Positions 1-7,339 of a stretch of DNA of 64,000 nt are shown one piece after another; the first letter of the stretch is position 1; each line of letters opens with the position of its first letter. The stretch covers positions 5,780-69,779 of the forward strand of contig SHVS01000010.1 of the NCBI GenBank assembly GCA_009694135.1, in the 5' to 3' direction. The position numbers and the translations under genes were made by a program. The stretch comes from Alphaproteobacteria bacterium. Lineage in GTDB: Bacteria > Pseudomonadota > Alphaproteobacteria > UBA6615. Under the pieces are notes generated by a model that saw nothing but the letters and a program-made list of their open reading frames with translations, was not told where the DNA came from and made no database searches.

Positions 1-1042
1 TGGCCTTGGCCCCCTCGCCCAGCCGCGCTTTTTTCATCTCGACGAAATTGCCGACATGCGCGGATTTGCCTACAACCGCGCCGGGGCGCAGCCGCGCGAA
101 AGGCCCGACAATCGCGCCGGTGCCAATCTCCGCGCCTTCAAGGTGGCTGAAGGCATGAATGACCACACCGGAAGCGACGCGCACGCCTGGGCCGAAGACG
201 ACATTGGGATGCACGGTGACATCGGCGGCGAGGTCCGTGTCATGCGCCAACCAGACCGTGTTCGGATCGATCAGCGTCACGCCGCCATCCATGGCGCGCG
301 CACGCAGCCGCTGCTGCAACGCCGCTTCGGCGACCGCAAGTTCCGCACGCGTATTGATGCCGAGCAGTTCGCCCGCCGGCCCCTCGACGATGGCGACCCG
401 CGCCCCGTCAGCGCGGGCGATCGCCACCAGATCTGGCAGATAGTATTCGCCCTGGGCATTGTCGCGTCCGACCAGCGCCAGCCAGCGCGCCAGGGCCTCG
501 CCGTCGAGCGCCATGATGCCGGCATTGCACAGCCCAATCGCCAGCTCGTCCGACGATGCGTCGCGCGCCTCGACAATGCGCTCCAGCCCGCCGTCGCGAC
601 CGAGCACCAGCCGGCCATAGGCGCCAGGAACCTCCGGCCGGAAACCGAGTACAACAATGCCAGGCGCCGGGGCCTTGCGGCGGGCATCGAGCAGCCGGCG
701 GATTGTTTCGGCGGACAGCAGAGGCACGTCGCCGTTGAGCACCAAAACGGTGCCGCGCCAATCGGCGAAGGCGGCGGTCGCCGCGCGCAGCGCATCGGCG
801 CTGCCAAGCGGGCGCTCTTGAATGACCGTCGGGACCGGCGCGACCGCGGACGCGACCTCGGTCATCCCCGGAGCGATCACCACGAATGCCCGCTCGGGCT
901 TGAGCGCGCGCACAGTTTCCAACAGATGCAGGATGAGTGGCCGTCCGGCCAGCGGATGCAGAACCTTGGGACGCGCCGAACGCATGCGGGTGCCCTGTCC
1001 CGCCGCGAGAATGACCGCAACGAATGAAACGGACGGCGTCAC
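1..1042 (-). CDS. glmU: Bifunctional GlmU (GlcNAc-1-P uridyltransferase / GlcN-1-P acetyltransferase), about 347 N-terminal codons; C-terminus runs off the window start
   Basis: My minus-strand translation from GTG at 1040-1042 gives VTPSVSFVAVILAAGQGTRMRSARPKVLHPLAGRPLILH (the GxGTRM / PKVLH nucleotidyltransferase motif). It is followed by hexapeptide-repeat beta-helix sequence (VTVHPNVVFGPGVRVASGVVIHAFSHLEGAEIGTGAIVGPFARLRPGAVVG). The ORF is open at the window edge, so it is absent from the track; track ORF 56..1027(+) is its antisense shadow. Confidence 0.85.
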   Translation of the reverse strand, partial: MTPSVSFVAVILAAGQGTRMRSARPKVLHPLAGRPLILHLLETVRALKPERAFVVIAPGMTEVASAVAPVPTVIQERPLGSADALRAATAAFADWRGTVLVLNGDVPLLSAETIRRLLDARRKAPAPGIVVLGFRPEVPGAYGRLVLGRDGGLERIVEARDASSDELAIGLCNAGIMALDGEALARWLALVGRDNAQGEYYLPDLVAIARADGARVAIVEGPAGELLGINTRAELAVAEAALQQRLRARAMDGGVTLIDPNTVWLAHDTDLAADVTVHPNVVFGPGVRVASGVVIHAFSHLEGAEIGTGAIVGPFARLRPGAVVGKSAHVGNFVEMKKARLGEGAKA

Positions 1043-1162
1043 GCTGATGGCACTGTTCCTGAGTCGCGCCTTAACCGACCGCGACATTGCCACAGCGCGC
1101 GCAGCGGCTCCAAGACACGATTTGCAGCGATATATCGCGGCGGGATAGCCCGCCCGGATTGC

Positions 1163-1618
1163 CTAGGACCAGGACTTCCCGTCGGTGCGGCAGCCGGTGT
1201 TGAGCGCTTCAGCCCGCTCGATGCCGATCGAGATGACTTCCCGATACTCGCGGCAGAAGACACCCGCCTCTGTGACAAATGTGCGCACGGGCGTGATCGA
1301 GCCGGGATTGCCGGTCTTCACATTGCGCCAGGCGATCGCCTCGCCGTCGCGCCGCGTCTCAAGCGCCTTCTGCTTGGCGTCGTTCGCCAGCTTGAGGTCA
1401 TCGGCCGCAAGCCGCTCAGAGGGCTTCTTTTCGCCCAGCCCGAGCGCCTCGTCGATCTTGTGGCCCGCCGTATCGAAAAAGCTTTTCGTGCTCTCGAACG
1501 CTCCGCTGGTATCGCAGCCCGCCAGTGACATGCCGGCTAATGCCAAGGCGACGGAGGTCACGCACCCACGCCAAAGCTGCTTGCGACGTTTAGAGGAGCT
1601 AGGTCTCGGCATGTGCAT
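1163..1618 (-). CDS. Lipoprotein with a C-terminal Cys-containing 'surface-antigen-like' domain (second ATG at 1612 is better placed after GAAGGA)
   Basis: Lipobox LALAGMSLAGC after a basic N-terminus (KRRK). C-terminus GSITPVRTFVTEAGVFCREYREV...GCRTDGKSW. This domain recurs at the C-terminus of the anti-sigma factor at 4585..5250. Confidence 0.6.
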   Translation of the reverse strand: MHMPRPSSSKRRKQLWRGCVTSVALALAGMSLAGCDTSGAFESTKSFFDTAGHKIDEALGLGEKKPSERLAADDLKLANDAKQKALETRRDGEAIAWRNVKTGNPGSITPVRTFVTEAGVFCREYREVISIGIERAEALNTGCRTDGKSWS

Positions 1619-1726
1619 CCTTCATCGATCAAAGAGCCGCGCCACCGCCTATTCTACGCGATCAAAGTTAGCGCGAGATTGTGGTTGTGCAAGATCCTGA
1701 ACGATTCTTCGCGGGAGGCGGCGCCC

Positions 1727-1776
1727 GGAAAAGACCGCGCCCGCTCCCGACCCTTCAGGGTCGGAACGGGCGCGGT
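1727..1776 (-). terminator. Rho-independent terminator downstream of the decayed surface-protein copy
   Basis: Imperfect inverted repeat accgcgcccg-c-tcccgaccc / gggtcgga-a-cgggcgcggt at 1734-1776, loop ttca. On the minus strand it is followed by CTTTTCC. Confidence 0.5.
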
Positions 1777-1817
1777 AGAAAACTTGGATAGGGCTTAAGG
1801 GGTCGGCGTGGTCGTCG

Positions 1818-2500
1818 TCACGGAATGAGGAGGAGATCGGCATTATAGTCGTCGATATCCTGCTGATTGACGACGCCGTCGCCGTTCCTGTCGAGATTGA
1901 CCGTCGCCCATTCGTCGCCTAGCGGCCCATTGCCCGGCTTAAAATCCGCGACCGACGCGCTCAACTCTGCCTCAAGCTGGGCAATACGAGCGCGCTCGGC
2001 CAGCGTCGGAATCGGCGTCGTGATATCCAGCAGCGCCTGTAGCTCGGCCTGCTTGGCGTACCAGTCAAGCGGCAGGAAATTCGCCTGCAATGCGCCGTCG
2101 CGCGCGCTGTAACCGAGCGCGAACGCAACCTTGACATGGTACTTACGTATTCGCCGTGATTCTTATAGCTGTCCGGATATAGCGACCAGCCCCGGCTCAA
2201 CAGCAGGTCCGATTCCCTCTTGCTGAAGGTATAGGCAATCGTTCCGGCGCCGTGGTCGTCTTTCTTGCCCAATCCGGTCGCCAAAGGCTTGCCAATGGTC
2301 GACGGCTTGCCGCCACCGCCGGCGCCATGGCCGCCGAAAACATTGCCATCACCGCCGCCTGTGCCGCCATGGTCGCCACCGGCTTCGCCGCGATCCGCAG
2401 CCGCCGCGGCCGCGGTATCATTGCCCACGCCGCCACCGCCGCCACCGCCGCCCTGAGCCGCCGCTGTCTGGGCGACCAGGGAAAGCCCGCCGGCGCTGAC
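1818..2500 (-). pseudogene. Decayed paralog of the surface protein at 2781..3782: no start codon or signal peptide, coiled-coil shortened, frameshift near 2138-2143
   Basis: Track ORFs 1961..2428(-) and 1818..2090(-) together re-encode the neighbour in two frames. Examples: GKKDDHGAGTIAYTFSKRESDLLLSRGW vs DKKDEHGAATVAYTFSQKESDLLLSNGW; YHVKVAFALGYSARDGALQANFLPLDWYAKQAEL vs YVHIAKALGFSVRDGALQANFMPADWYSKKAEL; FKPGNGPLGDEWATVNLDRNGDGVVNQQDID vs WKPGNGPLGDEWATVNLDWNGDGVVDQQDVD. Homology starts at AGGLSLVA (about 2470-2500) with no upstream ATG or signal peptide. Confidence 0.6.
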
Positions 2501-2518
2501 ACGCCTTCGCCCGATGCA

Positions 2519-2548
2519 GGAACAACGTCCGCCGATAGGAATTATTCC
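2519..2548 (-). promoter_or_regulatory. ECF-type promoter motif, copy upstream of the decayed surface-protein gene
   Basis: Minus-strand read GGAATAATTCCTATCGGCGGACGTTGTTCC. It is near-identical in its ends and spacing to 3851..3880(-). Confidence 0.3.
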
Positions 2549-2657
2549 TCAACCGAAGCTGCAATCCAACTTACGAATCCGTGGCAATACTATGGCTTTG
2601 CGCGTGTTTAGTGCAAACGGTACCGAGAGGCATCGAAATAGGGCAATTGCTCCCCGG

Positions 2658-2685
2658 GGAAGATCAGCCGCTATCTGGACCGTTG
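2658..2685 (+). promoter_or_regulatory. Degenerate copy of the sigma-gene promoter motif upstream of the sigma remnant
   Basis: GGAAGATCAGCCGCTATCTGGACCGTTG aligns with TGAATAATCCGCTAACCGATCCATTG at 4002..4027. The CCGCTA-N8-(A/G)TTG part is shared; there are 2 extra nt in the -35 part. Confidence 0.25.
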
Positions 2686-2698
2686 CCTTCCCGGGACC

Positions 2699-2800
2699 AT
2701 GAGCGAACGGTCGGAGCCAGGTTGTTTGGGCAACCAGCGCGGTTCCCTCATACCGTGGCTCCGACGTTTCACCATCGAGCTTACAACGTCGGCAGATAGA
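2699..2800 (+). pseudogene. 5' remnant (about 33 codons) of an ECF sigma factor gene, paralog of 4041..4592
   Basis: MSERSEPGCLGNQRGSLIPWLRRFTIELTTS aligns with MHESSETSSFGDQLVSLMPRLRRFAIGLTSS. Similarity is lost after about 2800, where the sequence is the antisense of the 3' end of CDS 2781..3782. Confidence 0.55.
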
Positions 2801-3782
2801 CCTCCGCCGGCGGGAGTCCGGCATTTTTGGCGTCAACATCCTGTTGGTCGACGACGCCGTCGCCGTTCCAGTCGAGATTGACCGTCGCCCATTCGTCGCC
2901 TAGCGGCCCATTGCCCGGCTTCCAATCCGGGATCGAGTTGGCGAGGGCGTCGAGGTCGCTCTTGAGCGCATCGAGCTGATCGGCGAGCGCATCGATTTGC
3001 GCCTGGAGCTCTTCCGCTGTCGGTAGCGCGTCGAGCGCGGCTTGAGCCTGCGTTATGGCCGCATTGGCGGCGTCGATCGCGGCAGCCTTCGCGGTCTGCT
3101 CGTCAGAGGTGGCCGAAGGAAGCGCATTCGCAGCCGTCAAGGCATCGTTGGCCGCATCGAGGACGTTTTGCGCCGCCGCCAACGCGTCAGGCAGAGAATC
3201 AAGCTTTACCTGCAAGGCCGCTACTTGGGAATCGATCCCGCGCAACTCGGCTTTCTTGGAATACCAATCGGCGGGCATGAAATTCGCCTGCAAAGCGCCG
3301 TCGCGCACACTGAAACCGAGCGCCTTGGCGATATGCACATAGGTGCTGACGGTCGCGCCGTGGTTGCCTTGTGCATGCGCCGCCCAGCCGTTGCTTAACA
3401 GCAGGTCGGATTCCTTCTGACTGAAGGTATAGGCGACCGTGGCGGCACCGTGCTCGTCCTTCTTATCCTGGCCGGTAACCGACGGTTTCCCCTTGTCGGC
3501 GGAGATATTCGCGCCGAAATCCTTGCCGCCGCCATTGCCGCCAGCAATGCCATGATCCGCGGCAGCCGCCGCATGATAATTGCCGCCGCCGTTGCCGCCA
3601 GCATTGCCGTGATCACCATCGTTTTTCGCCTGCGCCCGATTGGCGACCAGGGACAGCCCACCGGCACCCAGTTCTAGTCCGGCCGGAGTCACGACGAACA
3701 CAAGCGCGAGCGCCGAGGAAGCAAGCAGAACACGCACCCTGGCAGCCTGCGTTCCGACCGACGGGTCAAGAGCTTTATCCAT
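2781..3782 (-). CDS. Secreted Gly/His/Asn-rich plus Ala-rich coiled-coil protein with a C-terminal EF-hand/dockerin-like Ca-binding loop; family not recognised
   Basis: 333-aa ORF. Hydrophobic N-terminal segment VRVLLASSALALVFVVTPAG. Gly-rich block NAGGNGGGNYHAAAAADHGIAGGNGGG. Long Ala/Gln/Leu/Asp heptad-like region. C-terminal loop DWNGDGVVDQQD. Confidence 0.7.
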   Translation of the reverse strand: MDKALDPSVGTQAARVRVLLASSALALVFVVTPAGLELGAGGLSLVANRAQAKNDGDHGNAGGNGGGNYHAAAAADHGIAGGNGGGKDFGANISADKGKPSVTGQDKKDEHGAATVAYTFSQKESDLLLSNGWAAHAQGNHGATVSTYVHIAKALGFSVRDGALQANFMPADWYSKKAELRGIDSQVAALQVKLDSLPDALAAAQNVLDAANDALTAANALPSATSDEQTAKAAAIDAANAAITQAQAALDALPTAEELQAQIDALADQLDALKSDLDALANSIPDWKPGNGPLGDEWATVNLDWNGDGVVDQQDVDAKNAGLPPAEVYLPTL

Positions 3783-3850
3783 TCGTCGTCCTCCATTTTA
3801 TACGGGCGCAGAGCCGCCGAAATTATTCGGGCGGGACTTTGCGCGATAAG

Positions 3851-3880
3851 CGAACAACGTCCGCAAGGCTGGATTATTCC
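3851..3880 (-). promoter_or_regulatory. Candidate ECF-sigma-dependent promoter for the surface protein gene
   Basis: Minus-strand read GGAATAATCCAGCCTTGCGGACGTTGTTCG. It has a GGAAT-type -35 and a CGTT-type -10 separated by 16 nt, about 70-100 nt upstream of the ATG at 3782. The block is duplicated at 2519..2548. Confidence 0.4.
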
Positions 3881-4001
3881 ACCGCCTGCGCTACGCGTTT
3901 GATAATACAGACGTGTCATTTTAGTGTCCGCGTCGTCTGAACATTAGAAACAAATGCCGCTATTACAATATATGAATAAAATTTGTCTCAATGCTTTACT
4001 T

Positions 4002-4028
4002 TGAATAATCCGCTAACCGATCCATTGT
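4002..4028 (+). promoter_or_regulatory. Candidate autoregulatory ECF-type promoter of the sigma/anti-sigma operon
   Basis: TGAATAATCCGCTAACCGATCCATTGT shares GAATAATCC-N12-(G/A)TTGT, with identical spacing, with the motif at 3851..3880(-). It lies immediately upstream of the ATG at 4041, so the leader would be very short. Confidence 0.35.
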
Positions 4029-4040
4029 ATAGTCACAGAC

Positions 4041-4592
4041 ATGCATGAATCGTCGGAAACAAGTAGTTTCGGCGACCAGCTCGTTTCCCTTATGCCGCGG
4101 CTCCGACGTTTCGCCATCGGGCTGACGTCGTCGACGCATGAGGGTGACGATTTGGTCCAGTCTGCGTGCCAGCGCGCGCTCGAACGCACCGAGCAATGGC
4201 GGCCGGGAACCCGGCTCGATAGCTGGATGTACCGCATCATGCAGACGATCTGGCTCGAACGGCTGCGCGCAGGCGCCATTCGCACCAGTTTCCTGCGCGA
4301 GCAGATCGAGGGGCCGATTGTCGATGGCGTCCGCGACGCCGATGCCCGGACTACCTTCGGCAAGGTGCGGCGAATCCTGGATGAGATTCCGGATCAGCAA
4401 CGTTCCGTGCTGTTGCTGGTCTGCGTCGAGGGGCTGTCCTATCGCGAGGCGGCCGCGGTGCTCGATGTTCCGACCGGAACGGTGATGAGCCGCCTCGCCC
4501 GCGCGCGCAAGACGGTCATGGATCGGCTGGACGGCATGCCCTCGACTGCGCCAGCGGAAGCCAGCACTGACAAGGAAGCAGCCCATGCGTAA
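4041..4592 (+). CDS. ECF-family RNA polymerase sigma-70 factor
   Basis: LMPRLRRFAIGLTSSTHEGDDLVQSACQRALE (region 2). SVLLLVCVEGLSYREAAAVLDVPTGTVMSRLARARK (region 4 helix-turn-helix). 8-nt overlap with the downstream anti-sigma gene. Confidence 0.85.
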   Translation: MHESSETSSFGDQLVSLMPRLRRFAIGLTSSTHEGDDLVQSACQRALERTEQWRPGTRLDSWMYRIMQTIWLERLRAGAIRTSFLREQIEGPIVDGVRDADARTTFGKVRRILDEIPDQQRSVLLLVCVEGLSYREAAAVLDVPTGTVMSRLARARKTVMDRLDGMPSTAPAEASTDKEAAHA

Positions 4593-5250
4593 GCGTTTTC
4601 CGATGCAGATACCCGACGACACGGTGCTGATGGCCTACGCCGACGGCGAGCTCAGCGCCGATGTAAGCGATCAGGTCGAGGGCTGGATCGCGCGCATGCC
4701 GGCGATGCAGGCGCGGGTCGCTGCCTTCATGCACAGCCGCGCCTTGCTGCAGGCCGCGCTCGCCGCCCCGCTGCACGAGCCGACCCCGCATCAGTCGGCC
4801 GCGCTGATCGGCGCGCTCGGCGCGATGATCGCCAGCGAGCGTAAGCGTAAAGTCGTGCCGCTGCGAACCCCTCGAGGTGATTCCCCGATAATCGGCTACG
4901 CACTCGCGGCCGGGCTGGCGGCGATTATCATCGGCTTCGGGAGCGGTCTGGCCTGGCAATCTTCGGTCGACTATGCCGTGCGCATGGCGGCGCTCGATGC
5001 GGCCAGTGCCGCGGCTTTGAGCCAGGCGGTCGCTCTGACCCTGGAGACCTCGCCCAACTACAGAGCGGTCATGTTCCATAGCGCCTCCGGCATACGGCAA
5101 AGCATTACGCCGCTTGCGACCTTTGTGACCGACGATGGCGCGATTTGCCGCGAATACCTGCTCGCCGGCCGGAGCGAAGAAATCGCGACCGCTTGTCGTG
5201 ATGACAATGGTCGCTGGCTGCCGCGCCCGGTGACCGGGCGTCGCACCTAG
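4585..5250 (+). CDS. Anti-sigma factor with a C-terminal surface-antigen-like domain
   Basis: N-terminus LMAYADGELSADVSDQVEGWIARMPAMQARV is typical of ECF anti-sigma factors. There is a central hydrophobic segment (IGYALAAGLAAIIIGFGSGLAW). C-terminus QSITPLATFVTDDGAICREYLL...ACRDDNGRW. The gene is translationally coupled to the sigma gene. Confidence 0.7.
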   Translation: MRKRFPMQIPDDTVLMAYADGELSADVSDQVEGWIARMPAMQARVAAFMHSRALLQAALAAPLHEPTPHQSAALIGALGAMIASERKRKVVPLRTPRGDSPIIGYALAAGLAAIIIGFGSGLAWQSSVDYAVRMAALDAASAAALSQAVALTLETSPNYRAVMFHSASGIRQSITPLATFVTDDGAICREYLLAGRSEEIATACRDDNGRWLPRPVTGRRT

Positions 5251-5303
5251 CCTAAACTCTTTTCTCCGCTAGGCCGCGTGCTACGGTCCACCCCGGATGA
5301 ATC

Positions 5304-5993
5304 TTGGGCGGAGCGCAGTTCGTGCGGCATCTCAAAGCGGTGGTGTTTGATCTCGACGGGACGCTGGTGGACAGCGCGCCCGACCTCGCCGCCGCATCCA
5401 ATCAGCTTTTAGCCCAGCTCGGGCGCTCACCGCTTGCGCTGGCGCTAGTGCGGCCGATGATCGGCGATGGCGTGCGCGTTCTGGTCGAGCGCGTTGTCGC
5501 CACGACCGGCGGGATGCCGGCGAACACCGAGCTTGGGGGGCTCACGGAACGCTTTCTTGCGCTCTATGAGCCGATCGTCGCGCGCGCCACCCGCCCCTAT
5601 CCCGGCGTTGCCGAAACCCTGCCGCGGATCGCCAAGCTCGGCCTTACCCTCGCCGTCTGCACCAACAAGCCGGAGAGATTGTCGCGCGCGCTGCTGCGTG
5701 CGCTCGGGTTCGACACTCTGTTCGCCGCCGTCATTGGCGGTGACAGCGCGCCAGCGCGCAAACCGGACCCGCGCCATCTGCTGTTTGCGCTCGACAAGAT
5801 CGGCGCGAGCGCCGCGCAAACGCTGTTCGTTGGCGATAACGAACATGACGTCGCCACCGCGCGCGGCGCCGGCGTGCCGGTCGTGGTGGTCAGCTATGGC
5901 TATTGCCGCACACCGATTGCAGAACTTAAGGCCGACGCCGAAATCGCGGAATTTTCGGCCCTGTATGACTTATTGCCGCGCTTCGACCGCTAG
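5304..5993 (+). CDS. gph: Phosphoglycolate phosphatase (HAD superfamily); start uncertain (TTG 5304 or GTG 5322)
   Basis: HAD motif I VVFDLDGTLVDSAPDL. LAVCTNKPE. Motif IV LFVGDNEHDVATARGAGVP. Confidence 0.8.
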   Translation: MGGAQFVRHLKAVVFDLDGTLVDSAPDLAAASNQLLAQLGRSPLALALVRPMIGDGVRVLVERVVATTGGMPANTELGGLTERFLALYEPIVARATRPYPGVAETLPRIAKLGLTLAVCTNKPERLSRALLRALGFDTLFAAVIGGDSAPARKPDPRHLLFALDKIGASAAQTLFVGDNEHDVATARGAGVPVVVVSYGYCRTPIAELKADAEIAEFSALYDLLPRFDR

Positions 5994-7339
5994 ACGGGCT
6001 TGCGCAAGGTCACGAATTCTTCCGCCGCCGTCGGGTGAATGGCGAGCGTGGCGTCGAAATCCGCTTTTGTCGCGCCCGCGGTGAGCGCGACCGCCAGGCC
6101 CTGAATGATCTCCGGCGCCTCGGGCCCAAGCATATGGGCGCCGAGCACGTGGTCAGTCGAAGCGTCGACCACCAGCTTCACCAGCGTTTCTTCCGTGCGC
6201 CCGCTCAGCCGGCTCAAGAGCGGCCGGAAGGGCTGCCGGAAAATGCGGATCGGCGTGCCGGCGGCGCGCGCTTGCTCCTCGCTTAGCCCGACCGAGGCCA
6301 GAGTTGGACGGCAGAACACCGCTCTCGGCACGCGCGCATAGTCGAGCGGACGCGCGTTTTCGGCGAAAATCGCCGCCACCGCCGCCCCGGCTTCGGCCAG
6401 CGCGACCGGCGTGAGCTGCAAGCGATCGATCGCATCGCCGATGGCAAAGGCCCAAGGCTGGCTGGTACGAAATCGTTCATCGACGCGCACGGCGCCGGAG
6501 GGCGCGCAGTCGATCCCGGCGCGATCCAAACCAAGCCTCTGCGTCACCGGCGCGCGGCCGGTGGCCAGCATCACCGCCGGGGCCGCCACACGCCGCCCGT
6601 CCTGCATTTGTGTCACGATGCCGCTCGCGTCGCGTTCGAGCGCCGTTGGCTCCACGCCGGCCATGACCTCAATCCCGCGCGCCGCCAGCGCGGTCGCCAG
6701 TCTCGCGGTGAGTTCGTGATCGAAGCCCTTGAGCAGACGCGGCCCGCGATGCGCGAGCACCACCGCGGCGCCCAAGCCGGAGAAAATTGACGCGAACTCC
6801 GTCGCGACATAGCCGCCGCCGATGATCAGCACTTTCGCCGGCACGGCGGGCAGGTGAAACGCCGCGTCCGAGGTGAAGGCCAGCTCGCAGCCGGGAATGT
6901 CGGGGAGCAATGGCGCTCCGCCCGTCGCGATCAGCACTTGGCGTGCGCGCAAGCTACGCGGGCCGATGGCGACACGCTGCGGTGCTTCAAATGCGGCACG
7001 GCCAAAGATGATCTCGACCCCGGCCTTCTTCAGCACGCGCTCATAGACCCCGTTCAGCCGGGCGATCTCGACATCCTTGGCGGCGACCAATTTCGCCCAG
7101 TTGAATGCCGGCGCCGCCCGCCCCCAGCCATATCCGACCGCGTCGGCGAATTCATCGGCATAGCCGGCGGCATAGGCAAAAAATTTCTTCGGTATGCACC
7201 CGGCATTGACGCATGTTCCGCCGAGCGCCGTGGCTTCGACGAGCGCCACGCGTGCGCCGCGCTCACCCGAGAGGCGCGCCGCGCGTACCCCGCCCGAGCC
7301 GCCGCCGATGACCAGAAGATCATAGTCGAAGTTGTCCAT
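5990..7339 (-). CDS. gor: Glutathione-disulfide reductase
   Basis: DLLVIGGGSGGVRAA FAD fold. Redox-active GGTCVNAGCIPKK. C-terminal dimerisation region with HPTAAEE. Its start overlaps the gabD stop (TGATG). Confidence 0.85.
   Translation of the reverse strand: MDNFDYDLLVIGGGSGGVRAARLSGERGARVALVEATALGGTCVNAGCIPKKFFAYAAGYADEFADAVGYGWGRAAPAFNWAKLVAAKDVEIARLNGVYERVLKKAGVEIIFGRAAFEAPQRVAIGPRSLRARQVLIATGGAPLLPDIPGCELAFTSDAAFHLPAVPAKVLIIGGGYVATEFASIFSGLGAAVVLAHRGPRLLKGFDHELTARLATALAARGIEVMAGVEPTALERDASGIVTQMQDGRRVAAPAVMLATGRAPVTQRLGLDRAGIDCAPSGAVRVDERFRTSQPWAFAIGDAIDRLQLTPVALAEAGAAVAAIFAENARPLDYARVPRAVFCRPTLASVGLSEEQARAAGTPIRIFRQPFRPLLSRLSGRTEETLVKLVVDASTDHVLGAHMLGPEAPEIIQGLAVALTAGATKADFDATLAIHPTAAEEFVTLRKPV

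Noticed and set aside
56-1027. 323-aa plus-strand ORF in the track
   Set aside because: It is Arg/Gly/Asp-rich with no recognisable motif. The opposite strand encodes an unmistakable GlmU (GxGTRM motif plus hexapeptide repeats), so this is an antisense shadow ORF of GC-rich DNA.
2265-2460. Repetitive GCC/GGC triplet tracts that look array-like
   Set aside because: They are the Gly-rich coding region of the decayed surface-protein paralog (GGGGGGGG, GGTGGGDG). They are not spaced repeats and not a CRISPR array.
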